Assembly (NCBI RefSeq): GCF_006345805.1
Contig: NW_021824038.1
Span: 1 to 20,067 of the forward strand
DNA from: Octopus sinensis
Taxonomy: Eukaryota
Length of the DNA: 20,067 bases
Direction of reading: 5' to 3'
The notes below the pieces were generated by a model that had not been told where the DNA came from, made no database searches, and saw nothing but the letters and a program-made list of their open reading frames with translations. The position numbers and the translations under genes were made by a program. Within the stretch, counting starts at the first letter, position 1, and each line of letters begins with the position of its first letter. Shown one piece after another: positions 1 through 11,551 of the stretch.

Positions 1-160
1 ATATATATATATATATATACTATATATATATATATATATCCGCGTATGTCCATATGTATATATATATATATATATAGATCTATATGTAATGAAATACATA
101 TGTGAGTGTGTATGTGTGTGTTTGTATGTGCGTGCGTGTGTGTGTGAAAGTGTGTGTGTG
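1..160. repeat. (TA)n/(TG)n microsatellite tract
   Basis: Direct reading of dinucleotide repeats. Confidence 0.9.
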
Positions 161-248
161 TGAGTGTGGCTATGTTTCTAAGTGAAAGAATCAAATGAAA
201 AATGAGAAATATATTGCAACAATGAAATCGAATAAAGTAAAAAGAACG

Positions 249-472
249 CCACCACCACCACCACCACCCACACCACCAATAACCACCACCACCAACAACA
301 ACAACACCATCACCACCAACAACAACTCCACCACCAACACCAGCACCGACACTACCAATACCACCACCAACAACAACCAACACTCCCACCAATACCAAAA
401 CTAACACCTCCACCAGCACCAACACCGCCACCACCACCAATATCAACAACAACAACACCAACAACAACACAA
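249..472. repeat. Compound (CCA)n/(CAA)n trinucleotide tract
   Basis: Direct reading; source of the poly-P/T/N and poly-V/G ORFs at 191-404. Confidence 0.9.
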
Positions 473-797
473 TACATTAACGTGAATATAATTCCTGAAT
501 GCTTACAGTTGTTGATGTAGTCGACATTGTTTTGCTGTTGTTGTTATATTCTTGTTGTTCTTGTTATTCATAATTTTCCTTCATTGTTTTTCGTCGATTT
601 TCTTTCATTCTTATTGTTGTGTTTGTTTCTGTCTGTCTTTTGCTACTTTTATTTTATTTTTTGGGGGGAGGCGGTATTTTTCTTTTGTTCTTGTTTTTTT
701 TGTTTTGTTTTTTTTTTTTTGTTCTTTTAGTGGTACGGTGTGTTGAAAGGGTGAGGCGATTGCCTTCTTATTGTTTGTCCTATATACGTTCGCTTCA

Positions 798-833
798 CTC
801 CAGCATGGCCGCAGTCCAAAGGCCGAAACAAGT
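798..833 (+). mobile_element. Remnant of SINE 3' tail (OK-like family)
   Basis: CTCCAGCATGGCCGCAGTC...GAAACAAGT is the reverse complement of the tail seen at 5769-5800 and 19411-19455. Confidence 0.6.
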
Positions 834-859
834 GCAACAATAGAACATCATACACAGGC

Positions 860-1064
860 ACACAGATACACACACACACGCACACACATACATAAATATA
901 TAAATATATATACAGAGCAAGGGCGATATATATATATATACATACATAGAAATACAGAAAGCGCGAAACAGGTATATGTATGTATATATATATATATATA
1001 TTATATAATATTATATTATATTATATTATATTATTAGAATTATATCATCTTATGCCATATATAG

Positions 1065-1095
<31 letters not shown>

Positions 1096-1398
1096 GTGTG
1101 TATGTATGTATGTATGTATGTTTGTATATATATATATTGTGTGAGGTATGTGTCTGTGTGTATGTATATATATATATATATATATATATACTATACATAT
1201 ATATTATATATATATATAATATACATATGGACATACGGACATATATATATATATGGTGGTGTGGGTGTGTGTGTGTGTATATATATATATGTGTGTGTTG
1301 TGTGTGGTGTGTGTATAATTCTCTGAAACTAATACTGCTTCCGTGCTTCCATCATTAATAACGACTATACACACACACACATATAAATATATATATTT

Positions 1399-1436
<38 letters not shown>

Positions 1437-1445
1437 GTATGTTCT
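860..1445. repeat. (CA)n/(TA)n/(TG)n low-complexity tract
   Basis: Direct reading. Confidence 0.9.
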
Positions 1446-1704
1446 ATATATATATTAATTGCGGTTGCATCATCTTCTATTATTTAGCCATTTCTTTGTG
1501 AAGAAATTGATTTATTGTTATAATGGTAATTAAATTATATATTGGAAACAAAAACAGACAACCAAAACCAAGAAAAGATATCTAATTAAATATAACAATA
1601 CATTTAATGAATGATATGTTCTGCTGTCTTTGAGATTTTGGCGAAATTTTGTAGATTATTATTTTTTTGCTCTTAGTTTTAGCTTCCTTCCATCCATCTA
1701 TCAT

Positions 1705-1767
1705 ATAGACAGGCAGACAGACAAACAGACTGGCGGACGGACGGACGGGACGGGCGGACAGACAGAC

Positions 1768-1850
<83 letters not shown>

Positions 1851-1884
1851 CAGACTGATAGATAGATAGATAGATAGACAGACT

Positions 1885-1964
<80 letters not shown>
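1705..1964. repeat. (GACA)/(GACG)/(GATA)n tetranucleotide array
   Basis: Direct reading; produces the LSIY-repeat ORFs. Confidence 0.95.
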
Positions 1965-1965
<1 letters not shown>

Positions 1966-2153
1966 CTTTCTTTATTGGCCACACAGGGCTGAACACAGAG
2001 GGGACAAATTCAAATGTAGAGCTTTTCTTTACGAAGATGGAAAAAGAAAATGGGAAAAAAAGGAAACAAATGTAAAATTTCGATCAATAGGATCGGAAAA
2101 AAAAGCGATGAAAAGGGATCGTGTTTCACAGAAAGATTTTTTGGGGTTTTTTG
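1965..2153 (-). mobile_element. 5'-truncated LINE-like 3' end, copy 1, within (GATA)n
   Basis: Minus strand ends ...CAGCCCTGTGTGGCCAATAAAGAAAGTT followed by (ATCT)n; AATAAA at 1976-1971; repeated at 2174-2278. LINE identity is inferred. Confidence 0.55.
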
Positions 2154-2173
2154 GATAGATAGATAGATAGATA

Positions 2174-2278
2174 AGTTTCTTTATTGGCCACACAGGGCTG
2201 CACACAGATGGGACAAGTTACAAGGTAGAGCTTTTCTTTTGGGGGATGAAAAAACAAAAAACCAAAGAAAAAAAAATT
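2174..2278 (-). mobile_element. 5'-truncated LINE-like 3' end, copy 2, within (GATA)n
   Basis: About 65 bp closely similar to 1965-2030; GATA repeats on both sides. Confidence 0.55.
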
Positions 2279-2639
2279 GATAGATAGATAGATAGATATA
2301 AATGTGCATCACACCACATCACACCACCCTACACCACTCCACACACACACTAGCACTGACCACTTCCCAGCACCCACACCACACACCTCCATCCGCACAC
2401 CCACACACTACCATCCACACATCCATACATTACAGACGCAAACCCCTACACACGGACACAACTACACAAGTCAAAGTCACTGGTCCCTATCCACACACAC
2501 ACACAAATTTACACATTCTCCCTTACACATTCGCACGCGCAACTTCGTTTTCGGATCACCAATACTTTATCGTCTCCCCTTTTTTTTACCTCTCATGAAA
2601 ACTATTTTTTCTCAATTAGTCGCCATGCTTGACTGCTAA

Positions 2640-3006
<367 letters not shown>

Positions 3007-3022
3007 CAGTTTTGTTTAATAA

Positions 3023-3258
3023 CCTATTTCTTTACTACCCACAAGGGGCTAAACACAGAGAGGACAAAAAACAAGGACAGACAAACGGATTAAATCGATT
3101 ATATCGACCCCAGTGCGTAACTGATATTTATTTAATCTTCCCCGAAAGGATGAAAGGCAAAGTCGACCTCGGCGTAATTTGAACTCAGAACGTAGCGACA
3201 GACGAAATACTGTTAAATATTTCGCCCGGCGTGCTAACGTCTCTGCCATCTCGTCGCC
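3023..3258 (-). mobile_element. Full-length tRNA-derived SINE (octopus OR-like, CORE-like centre)
   Basis: Minus strand: GGCGACGAGATGGCAGAGACGTTAGCACGCCGGG head (A-box-like), GAGTTCAAAT B box, CCGAGGTCGACTTTGCCTTTCATCCTTTCGGGG core, tail ...GTAAAGAAATAGG. Family name from recall. Confidence 0.85.
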
Positions 3259-3289
3259 TGTTTTGTTTCATAACCTGTCACAAGCAGTG

Positions 3290-3600
3290 TTTAGTAGGGT
3301 TGGCTTTTATTCCGGATTCACTCCTACGATCTGGACTAAAAGCCGTTGGCAAGCCAGCTTATTAAATGCATAGTAATGTTCTACTAAAATTACAATATTG
3401 GACAGTTATAACTGCCTCTCCTGAAAAAGTCTCGAAACTTCTGGAGTAACTCTCGTATATCGCTAAAATTTGGTAAGTTGACATTTGACGTATAAATAAT
3501 ACATTTCATTCTGCTAATAATATATTGCCTCATCGTTAGTAAATATTTGTCGTTATCTAAAATTTGTTCGGATTATCAACACCAGCTAGAAATATATAAG
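3290..3600 (+). pseudogene. Possible highly decayed PLE RT fragment
   Basis: Frame-broken FYSGFT...LKAVG and FDV*I.TFHSA...IVSKYL resemble DFYPSIS...LRAL and FDVPMGAYDGAE...IGAFIL of the 16644-18612 ORF. Weak. Confidence 0.3.
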
Positions 3601-3604
3601 TATA

Positions 3605-4373
3605 CCTATTTCTATTAAACACAGAGAGGACAAACAAGGACAGGCAAAGGGATTAAGTCGATTATATCGACCCCAGTGAGTAACTGGTACTTACTTAATC
3701 GACTCCGAAAGGATGAAAGGCTAAGACTACCTCGGTGGAATCTGAACTTAGAACGTAGCCACAGACGAAATGCCTATTTCTTTACTACTCACAAGGGGCT
3801 AAACACAGAGAGGACAAACAAGGAGAGACAAACGGATTAAGTCGATTCAATCGACCCCAGTGCGTAACTGGTATTTACTTAATCGACCCCGAAAGGATGA
3901 AAGGCAAAGTCGACCTCGGCGCAATTTGAACTCAAAACGTAGCGGCAGACGAAATACCTATTTCTTTACTACCCACAAGGGGCTAAACACAGAGAGGACA
4001 AACAAGGATAGACAAACAGATTAAATCGATTATATCGCCCCCAGTGCGTAACTGGTACTTATTTAATCGACCCCGAAAGGATGAAAGGCAAAGTCGACCT
4101 CGGCGCAATTTGAACTCAGAACGTAACGGTAGACGAAATGCCTATTTCTTTACTACCCACAAGGGGCTAAACACAGAAAGGACAAACAAGGACAGACAAA
4201 CGGATTAAGTCGATTATATCGATCCCAGTGCGTAACTGGTACTCACTTAATCAACCCCGAAAGGATGAAAGGCTAAGTCTACATCGGTGGAATTAGAACT
4301 CAGAACGTAATGGCGGACGAAATACCACAAAGCCTTTCGCCCGGCGTGCTAACCTTTCTGCCAGCTCACCGCC
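3605..4373 (-). mobile_element. Tandem array of four SINE units; only the first on the minus strand (4373 end) has the tRNA-like head
   Basis: Units start with CCTATTTC at 3605, 3773, 3957 and 4141 (period 184; first unit 168 bp because of a 16-bp deletion). Head sequence at 4321-4373. Confidence 0.9.
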
Positions 4374-4501
4374 TTAATATATATGTATACCACTCTGTAC
4401 GTGTGCACGTGTGCGTGTGTGTGTGTGTGTATGTTTAGTTCTGCTCAATATACACCGAGGCAGACTGCTATCAGCCCTGATAGTATCAGAAAATGAAACG
4501 G

Positions 4502-4938
4502 TATGCCTAACCATTCAGTTCCCGAATTTTGCCCGAGCTTTCTTAAATTTAATTAGCAAACACTTTACTCCCGGGTTTAAAACTTCACGAAATTTTTAAT
4601 CAAAATATGACTAAGGCAAATTACAGTAATACAGAAAACTATTCATCTTCATTAGAATTAATCAATTGAAAGAAATGATCACCGCCATAACATGCAAGAA
4701 GCAACTAAGCAAGCCGGTTGCCTCGGCAGCATCACCTGTCTGCAAAATTGTAACGTCCATAAAGTTGTGTCATATTTTGTGCTATCATAACGCAGGAATA
4801 AACACACTCAGAGTTATGTAGGCGTTAAGAGCAAGCTTTTGCTATAACCAGCAAAATATGATTCAGTAAGATATGAATGAGACAAGAGTTATGACATCGC
4901 TCTAAAAGTACAAATAGAATTTCAAAGACGGCAACATT
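4502..4938 (+). pseudogene. Decayed PLE thumb/linker/endonuclease fragment
   Basis: NFARAFLNLISKHFTPGFK / LHEIFNQNMTKANYSNTENY aligns with NIGKEFLRLVSKHFKQGHKFYRIFNRRTLKVSYSCCRNF. TSL*KYK*NFKDGNI (4894-4938) aligns with TSLAKYVWELKEKE. Confidence 0.65.
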
Positions 4939-5629
4939 TATAACTGATATTAACTGATATTAACACTTATTTATTTTAGACTTGTATGTATGAACAGATT
5001 TATATGCAACTTGTGTCTTTCAGAGAAATATAACATTCATTCTCAAAATCTCTGCCATATTAGCAACTCGTTTAAATTAACACTTTTTTTTCCTTTTACT
5101 ATTATATATTGACTTAGTTTAGCAATCTTTCTTATTCATCAACTCCCTTCTCACCTCAGGGTTTCCTTTTACATCAACCGCGTCATCGCCTGCTTCTCCT
5201 GCTCATTTCATTTCTCTTTATTTCTTACCTTCTTGTCAACTTATGAAGCTCACGTTTTCATGCGTTCACCATCAGTCGCAGCCAATTTTTCAAGCGCAGA
5301 GGGTATAAAACTCTACTACATCCCTTTAATTTACCTCCACTGCCAACGGCAATTTCATCGTACTCTTTCTGCCGATCTTTCTTATTAATTCATAGCGATT
5401 TCTAGCATTCATAGCATAAAATCGGACGAACTAATATAAGTTGGAAGGTAATATAAATAAAGATTATTAAATTTTACATTGGATACAAGATTAGCGAAAC
5501 TTCGGCCATTTCTAAAGTATTATTTTCTTTTAATATAATATAGAATTTTCTCGACGCACAATTTAGTTTTGAATTCTTTAAGGGTGAGCGGATTCCAGTT
5601 TATAATTAGCCTATAGACCTATATATAGG

Positions 5630-5638
5630 TAGATAGAC

Positions 5639-5720
<82 letters not shown>
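5630..5720. repeat. (GATA)n
   Basis: Direct reading. Confidence 0.95.
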
Positions 5721-5721
<1 letters not shown>

Positions 5722-5739
5722 AAGATACAGATACATATG

Positions 5740-5962
<223 letters not shown>

Positions 5963-6187
5963 GTAAGCTGACCTGTTCATGTCTGTTTTCCAGACAGATG
6001 AGAATACTTATGAGATAAGATTTTGTAATATGAAAATTCGCCCTTGAAGGGAAAATTTTCGGGCGAGCTTTGCTCAAGGCCAAGCAGATGTTATTAGATA
6101 TTTTTCTGACAAAAATATATACAGAAATACATAAAGAAGGACAAAAAATATATGAACTTACGCGAGACGACGCGAACAGCAGCTAAT

Positions 6188-6188
<1 letters not shown>

Positions 6189-6274
<86 letters not shown>

Positions 6275-6310
6275 GTGCATGGATTGATGGATGGCTGGAT
6301 GGATGGGTAG
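6189..6310. repeat. (GATA)n grading into (GATG)n
   Basis: Direct reading. Confidence 0.9.
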
Positions 6311-6364
6311 ATTAATAGATTTGTGTGTACATAATGTGTCTGTATAAATTAGTGGTATTAGATA

Positions 6365-6519
6365 TAAACACACACACACACACATATATATATATACATA
6401 CAGACACATATATATATATAACATATATGTGTATATATACATATACATATATGTATATATATATACATATACATATATATATATACATATACATAAATAT
6501 ACATACATATACATAGATA

Positions 6520-6570
<51 letters not shown>
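6365..6570. repeat. (CA)/(TA)n-rich tract
   Basis: Direct reading. Confidence 0.9.
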
Positions 6571-6574
<4 letters not shown>

Positions 6575-6925
6575 TTTGTTGGTAGTTGGTGCCAAGAGCT
6601 GAAATATATAGCAAAGAATCTAATGTTGTGCGCCATTTGTCAGATTTCGATTCGTTGCCGGAATCAGAATTGTTTTTAGCGTTTCGCATTGTCCATCTCT
6701 GCTGGTTATTCCCATCTCGTGAGGAATGATTCTTACCATTCTACCTCCAGCAATATCTTTCTATTGATTTATACACACGTCTATACACACACACACATAC
6801 ACACACACGCTCGCACACGCACACACATACCACATTTACTAGAATTTTAAACTTTCAACTGGGAAGACAAAGCAAAGTAAATTATTTGAATTTCTTTGCT
6901 TGAGACCGATGTTCGAGTAAAGATT

Positions 6926-7976
6926 GTAGTAGTGGTGGTAGTGGTGGTGGTGGTAGTGGTGGTGGCGGTGGTAGTGGTGGTAGTGGTGGTGGCGGGTGGT
7001 GGTGGTGGTGGTGGTGGTGGTGGTGGTGGTGGTGGTGTTGATAGTAGTAGTGGTAGTGGTGGTGGTGGTGGTGGTGGTGGTGGCAGTAGTATTAGTGGTG
7101 GTGGTGGTAGTGGTGGTGGTGGTAGTGGTGGTGGCTGTGGTGTTGGTGGTGGTGGTGGTGGTGGTGGTAGCAGTAGTAGTAGTGGTGGTGGTGGTGGCGG
7201 TGGTGGTGGTGGTGGTGGCGGTGGTGGTGTGGTGGTAGCAGTAGTATTAGTGTGGTGGTGGTGGTGTGGTGGTGGTGGTGGTGGTGGTGGTGTAGTGGTG
7301 GTGGTGGTGGTGGTGTGGTGGTGGCGGTGGTGGTGGTGGTGGTGGTGTGTTGATAGTAGTAGTGGTAGTGGTGGTGGTGTGGTGGTGGTGGTAGCAGTAG
7401 TATTAGTGGTGGTGGTGGTAGTGTGGTGGTGGTGGTGGTGGTGGTAGTGGTGGTGGTGGTAGTGGTAGTGGCGGTGGTGTGGTGGTGGTGGTAGCAGTAG
7501 TATTAGTGGTGGTGGTGGTAGTGGTGGTGGTGGTAGTGGTGGTGGCGGTGGTGGTGGTGGTGGTGGTGGTGGTGGTGGTGGTGGTGGTGGTAGCAGTAGT
7601 ATTAGTGGTGGTGGTGGTGGTGTGGTGGTAGTGGTGGTGGTGGTGGTGGTGGTGGTGGTGGGGTGGTGGTGGTGGTGGCGGTGGTGGTGGTGGTGGTGGT
7701 GGTGTGGGGTGGTGGTGGTGGTGGTGGTGTTGATAGTAGTAGTGGTAGTGGCGGTGGTGGTGGTGGTGGTGGTAGCAGTAGTATTAGTGGTGGTGGTGGT
7801 AGTGGTGGTGGTGGTAGTGGTGGTGGCGGTGGTGGTGGTGGTGGTGGTAGCAGTAGTATTAGTGGTGGTGGTGGTAGTGGTGGTGGTGGTGGTGGTGGTG
7901 GTGGTGGTGGTGGGGTGGTGGTGGTGGTGGTGGTGGTGGTGGTGGTAGTGGTAGTGGTGGTGGTGGTGGTGGTGGC

Positions 7977-8017
<41 letters not shown>
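6926..8017. repeat. ~1.1-kb compound (GGT)n/(AGT)n array with recurring variant cassettes
   Basis: Direct reading; cassettes GTTGATAGTAGTAGTGGTAGT and GCAGTAGTATTAGTG recur. Confidence 0.95.
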
Positions 8018-8109
8018 CTTTCACTGTTGTTGATGTTGCAGCAACAGCAGAGATGAGTTTCAGTTTTATCAGTTTCTTGACTTAACAGTTTTGTATTTTG
8101 CATTCTAAT

Positions 8110-8604
8110 ATTTATGGCGGCGTTCATTGTTAGAGGCACATTTCAGGGCTTTTGACCCCACTCGATCAGCTGCAGGCAAAATTTTGACATTGAGGAGTTT
8201 GGCTCCGCTGCCACCCAGACCCCGCCGGATAGTGTCTTCTATCCACTCGGGTTCTATCCCGGGTGGAAAACCGCAGACCCAAGCCCTTGTCAACTTCTTC
8301 CCACAATACGTGGGAAGAAACTATATTTCTTCGCCCTCTAAGGGCTGACTTGCAAAATTGCGAGCCTCTTCAGGAGTATCAAATAGCAACCACATCGTCG
8401 CATTTTTGACACCCCTGGAAATAAATTTTATAGTTGGCATTTACTCCGCCAACTCTCTCTCTCTATGTCGGTCTTTTTAAAGAGGGCGTTGGTGTCGAGC
8501 GACTTGGAGTACGTTCGCAGCACCACCGTCCTCTCCTCGAAACTTTTTATCCACTGTTTGGGTGGGTAAATTTACCACTCCAATACCTTATCTTACTTTG
8601 CCAT
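8110..8604 (-). pseudogene. Disrupted LINE ORF1-like coding region (L1/Tx1-like, inferred)
   Basis: From AAACATGG (ATG 8604-8602): MAK*DKVLEW*IYPPKQWIKSFEERTVVLRTYSKSLDTNALFKKTDIERE / LAE*MPTIKFISRGVKNATMWLLFDTPEEARNFASQPLEGEEI*FLPTYCGKKLTRAWVCGFPPGIEPEWIEDTIRRG. Protein-like composition with stops and one frameshift. Family assignment from recall only. Confidence 0.45.
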
Positions 8605-8663
8605 GTTTGGGAGCAAAAAACTTCAAACCAAAGTTCAAACAAAAGTTCGAAGTCAAAACAAAA

Positions 8664-8744
8664 GGAAGACAGAAGAAAGAAGGAAGACAGAAGAAAGAAG
8701 GAAAACAGAAGAAAGAAGGAAGACAGAAGAAAGAAGGAAAACAG
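8664..8744. repeat. 18-bp minisatellite GGAA(G/A)ACAGAAGAAAGAA x4.5
   Basis: Units at 8664, 8682, 8700, 8718 and a partial unit at 8736; lies in the presumed 5' UTR of the ORF1-like region. Confidence 0.9.
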
Positions 8745-9099
8745 TTCAAAACACAGCAGAATAAAGCACAATTCCGGCCGACAGTAATCCTGGCCTCGGG
8801 TAATCCACCAGCAGGAACAGTGCCACAAATTGGTACGAATTTCACAAATATTCGGTAAAATCCATTTTGGTAAAATTCCACAACTTTTTTGGGAGGTCAG
8901 ATACGCCCCCAAAACAACATTTCTCACAGCTAAGGGAGCCACTTAGCGTGACTGCAGGCAGACAAATGTACGGGATCCAGTGAGGATTTCTTATTTGCAA
9001 AAAGGAAAAACAATATCAAACAACAAAACCCCACTAAATCTAAAAAAAACACATGCCTTCCTTAGAGTCGCGTCTCCAATGTTCTTCACAATGTTCTTC

Positions 9100-9194
9100 A
9101 CGAAAGTATGTCTTGGCAGCATTCAGTGCAAAACCAACACTGACTCACGCATGCATCATAAGCAAGCTACGTACCACACAGCCACTCCTGCACC
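9100..9194 (-). mobile_element. 5' head fragment of OK-like SINE
   Basis: Minus strand GGTGCAGGAGTGGCTGTGTGGTACGTAGCTTGCTTA matches the recalled tRNA-derived head; sequence degenerates downstream. Confidence 0.55.
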
Positions 9195-9447
9195 TATAAT
9201 TATAAACATTTTTTCTTTCGCTGCTTTCCGAACCATTCCTAACCGTTGAGCTTCTAGGATTCCTCCGTTCAGCATCAGTGTGAGAAACACCATTGGCTGT
9301 TGATCTCGTCCACTACCTTTCCACAATCTGCTATGCTGTAATCTCATGAGTTTTTCCATATCCCTGGAAGGGTGACTGAACAGATGATAAGCTTTGCCAA
9401 AAAATAAAATAGGAATTTTTTTACATATACAACGAATGGCTATGGAG

Positions 9448-10109
9448 TGCAGTAGTGGAAAATAGGGATTAGAGGGGCCCATAGACAAAACGAAAATGGT
9501 TAGAAACTACTGACCCCAAGTATTTTATGCCAGCCGTAACAAATATATTTTTTAAGAAAAAATAATGGTAGGTTTCATTTGATAGACGTTTTAGCTGCTA
9601 TTTCTAATGACAAGAGTTCCCTTCATTGGTTCAGAATTTGAAGTTTGCTTCATAAAACTAAAAATGATGCAGGAGTGTAAAATAGGGATTAGAGTGGCCC
9701 ATAGGCAAAAACAAAAATGGTTGGAAACCACTGACCCGAAGTGTTTTATGCCAGCCGTAACAAATATATTTTCTAAGAAAAAATAATGGTAGGTATCATT
9801 TGAGGGAGATTTTAGCTGCTATTTCTAGTGACGAGAGTTCCCTTCATTGGTTCAGAATTTGTAGTTTGCTTCATAAAACTAAAAATGATGCAGGAGTGTA
9901 AAATAGGGATCAGAGTGGCCCATAGGCAAAAGCAAAAATGGTTGGAGACCACTGACCCGAAGTGTTTTATGCCAGCCGTAACAAATATATTTTCTAAGAA
10001 AAAATAATGGTAGGTATCATTTGAGGGAGATTTTAGCTGATATTTCTAGTGACGAGAGTTCCCTTCATTGTTTCAGAATTTATAGTTTTCTTCATAAAAC
10101 TTAAAATGA
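9448..10109. repeat. Tandem repeat, 3 x ~220 bp
   Basis: AATAGGGAT anchors at 9461, 9681 and 9902; copies align over their whole length. Confidence 0.95.
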
Positions 10110-10482
10110 CTTTACTGCCAATGAATTCTTCTCAATCCCATAAAAAAACCTATGAAATAAAATCCACAATCTCGTTTATACAAAAATTCTACAGTTCTCG
10201 ACGTATGCAATACTTAAGTATGGAAAGAAATAGAAAACATAATCTATTATACAGACAACATTTCCATTATTCATAAGAGAATTATCTGATAAACTATGGA
10301 ACAAAATCGAAGACATAATCTTTCATAGATGCAACATTTGTAGAATCTATATTTTCGTAAGTAATTTGACTGATAAAGGAATATTTTGAATAAAATATGA
10401 GTTACAGCTTTTGTATTTTGATCATTGATATTGTGGGTTCAACTTCAACTATGCGTCGGACATGAAATTATGGTTGTAGTAC

Positions 10483-10570
10483 TGAGGTCAACTTGCTCGA
10501 ATAAATCCTTTACGACCGTGTCCCCCAACATGGCTATAGTCCAATAACTGAAACAGGTAACAAATGAAAG
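10483..10570 (+). mobile_element. Degenerate SINE 3' tail
   Basis: GGTCAACTTGCTCGA...CCAACATGGCTATAGTCCAATAACTGAAACAGGT resembles the OK-like tail. Confidence 0.5.
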
Positions 10571-11551
10571 ACATACGAACACATTGAATCGATAAAATCA
10601 GCAGAACGACCCACAGAATACTCTGTAAGTGTCGCAAGTTCAAAACGCGCCGGAGCCAAATTGATCCCTTTATATAGTTCATATCATTGTTATCTTCGAG
10701 CGGATATAATTGACCACAACCTAAATTCGAGGAGCTGGGGTCTTGTGTCTATGTAAGGGAGCATTGCGTAGTCAGAAATTGTGGAACGAATGACAAAATA
10801 CCAGGCAGTGTCTAGTTAATATAGCGTTTGTCTTGTGTATGACTTTAAACTAAATCCGACTGTTGGGTTCAAGTGTGGGAATTCCAGGGTTTTGATGTGT
10901 CTACAATACCTCTAAGCCACTATTGTCTCCAGGTCTGCTCTGACCCGCAGGAGCAGCATCCGTCAGGGTCCCATGTATGGATTAATTAGCAGTCTATGGA
11001 AGAAACCCCAAGCGAGGGACCTCACTGCCTTGTAAGTATATTGGAGAAGCAAAAAGCTAGCAGGGTTAGCCTCAACTGTAAATCAACAGGTGGACTTTCT
11101 CGGGTGGACCGGTGCCCTTTTTGACATCCTTCTGGAAATTTCAAGGTGCGTAGAGCTCTCCTGCCCTGTTAGGTAATCCATCAAGGCTTAGAGTTGATTG
11201 TACGCTCATAGTGGCTTAGAGGTGGTTGTAGACTCATCAGAACCCTGGAACTCCCACACTTAGACCCAAAAGTCGGATTTAGTTTAAAGTCATACACAAG
11301 ACAAACGCTATATTAACTAGACACTGCTTGGTATTTTGTCATTCGTTCCACAATTTCTGACTACGCAATGCTCCTTTACATAGACACAAGACCCCAGCTC
11401 CTCGAATTTAGGTTGTGGTCAATTATATCCGCTCGAAGATAAGAATGACACGAAATATATAAAGGGATCAATTTGGCTCCGGCGCGTTTTGAACTTGCGA
11501 CACTTAAGGTCGTTCTGTCGATTTTATCGATTCAATATGTTCGTATGTCTT
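10568..11551. repeat. Long inverted repeat / foldback: arms 10568-10923 and 11208-11551, 284-bp spacer
   Basis: Manual alignment gives about 16 substitutions and 2 indels (about 95% identity); no TSD seen. Confidence 0.95.

Noticed and set aside
191-1996. Poly-V/P/T/N, YI-repeat and LSIY-repeat ORFs
   Set aside because: Translations of microsatellites; no domain content.
3023-3258. tRNA gene
   Set aside because: A/B-box-like head only; it continues into SINE core and tail, and no complete cloverleaf is evident.
3605-4373. CRISPR-like array
   Set aside because: Whole units are repeated with no unique spacers; no cas genes; eukaryotic SINE sequence.
6312-6689. Possible exon ([30 protein letters not shown])
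   Set aside because: No recognisable family or supported splice sites; the rest of the ORF is (TA)n translation.
6847-8139. 430-aa extensin/mucin-like or glycine-rich protein
   Set aside because: Arises from a stop-free (GGT)n/(ACC)n tract that is open in several frames on both strands.
8367-8373. CTGAAGA on the minus strand as a hammerhead core
   Set aside because: No properly placed GAAA or helices; it encodes PEE in the ORF1-like frame.
9156-9488. 110-aa ORF
   Set aside because: Begins in the 220-bp repeat and ends in a SINE head; no recognisable motif.
10935-10970. HDV-like ribozyme in the foldback spacer
   Set aside because: CTGCTC/GAGCAG and GACCC/GGGTC could form a simple pseudoknot, but P1.1, P3/L3, P4 and the catalytic C could not be placed on either strand.
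11234-11240. CTGATGA on the minus strand of the foldback arm
   Set aside because: No downstream GAAA; the partner arm reads TTGATGT.
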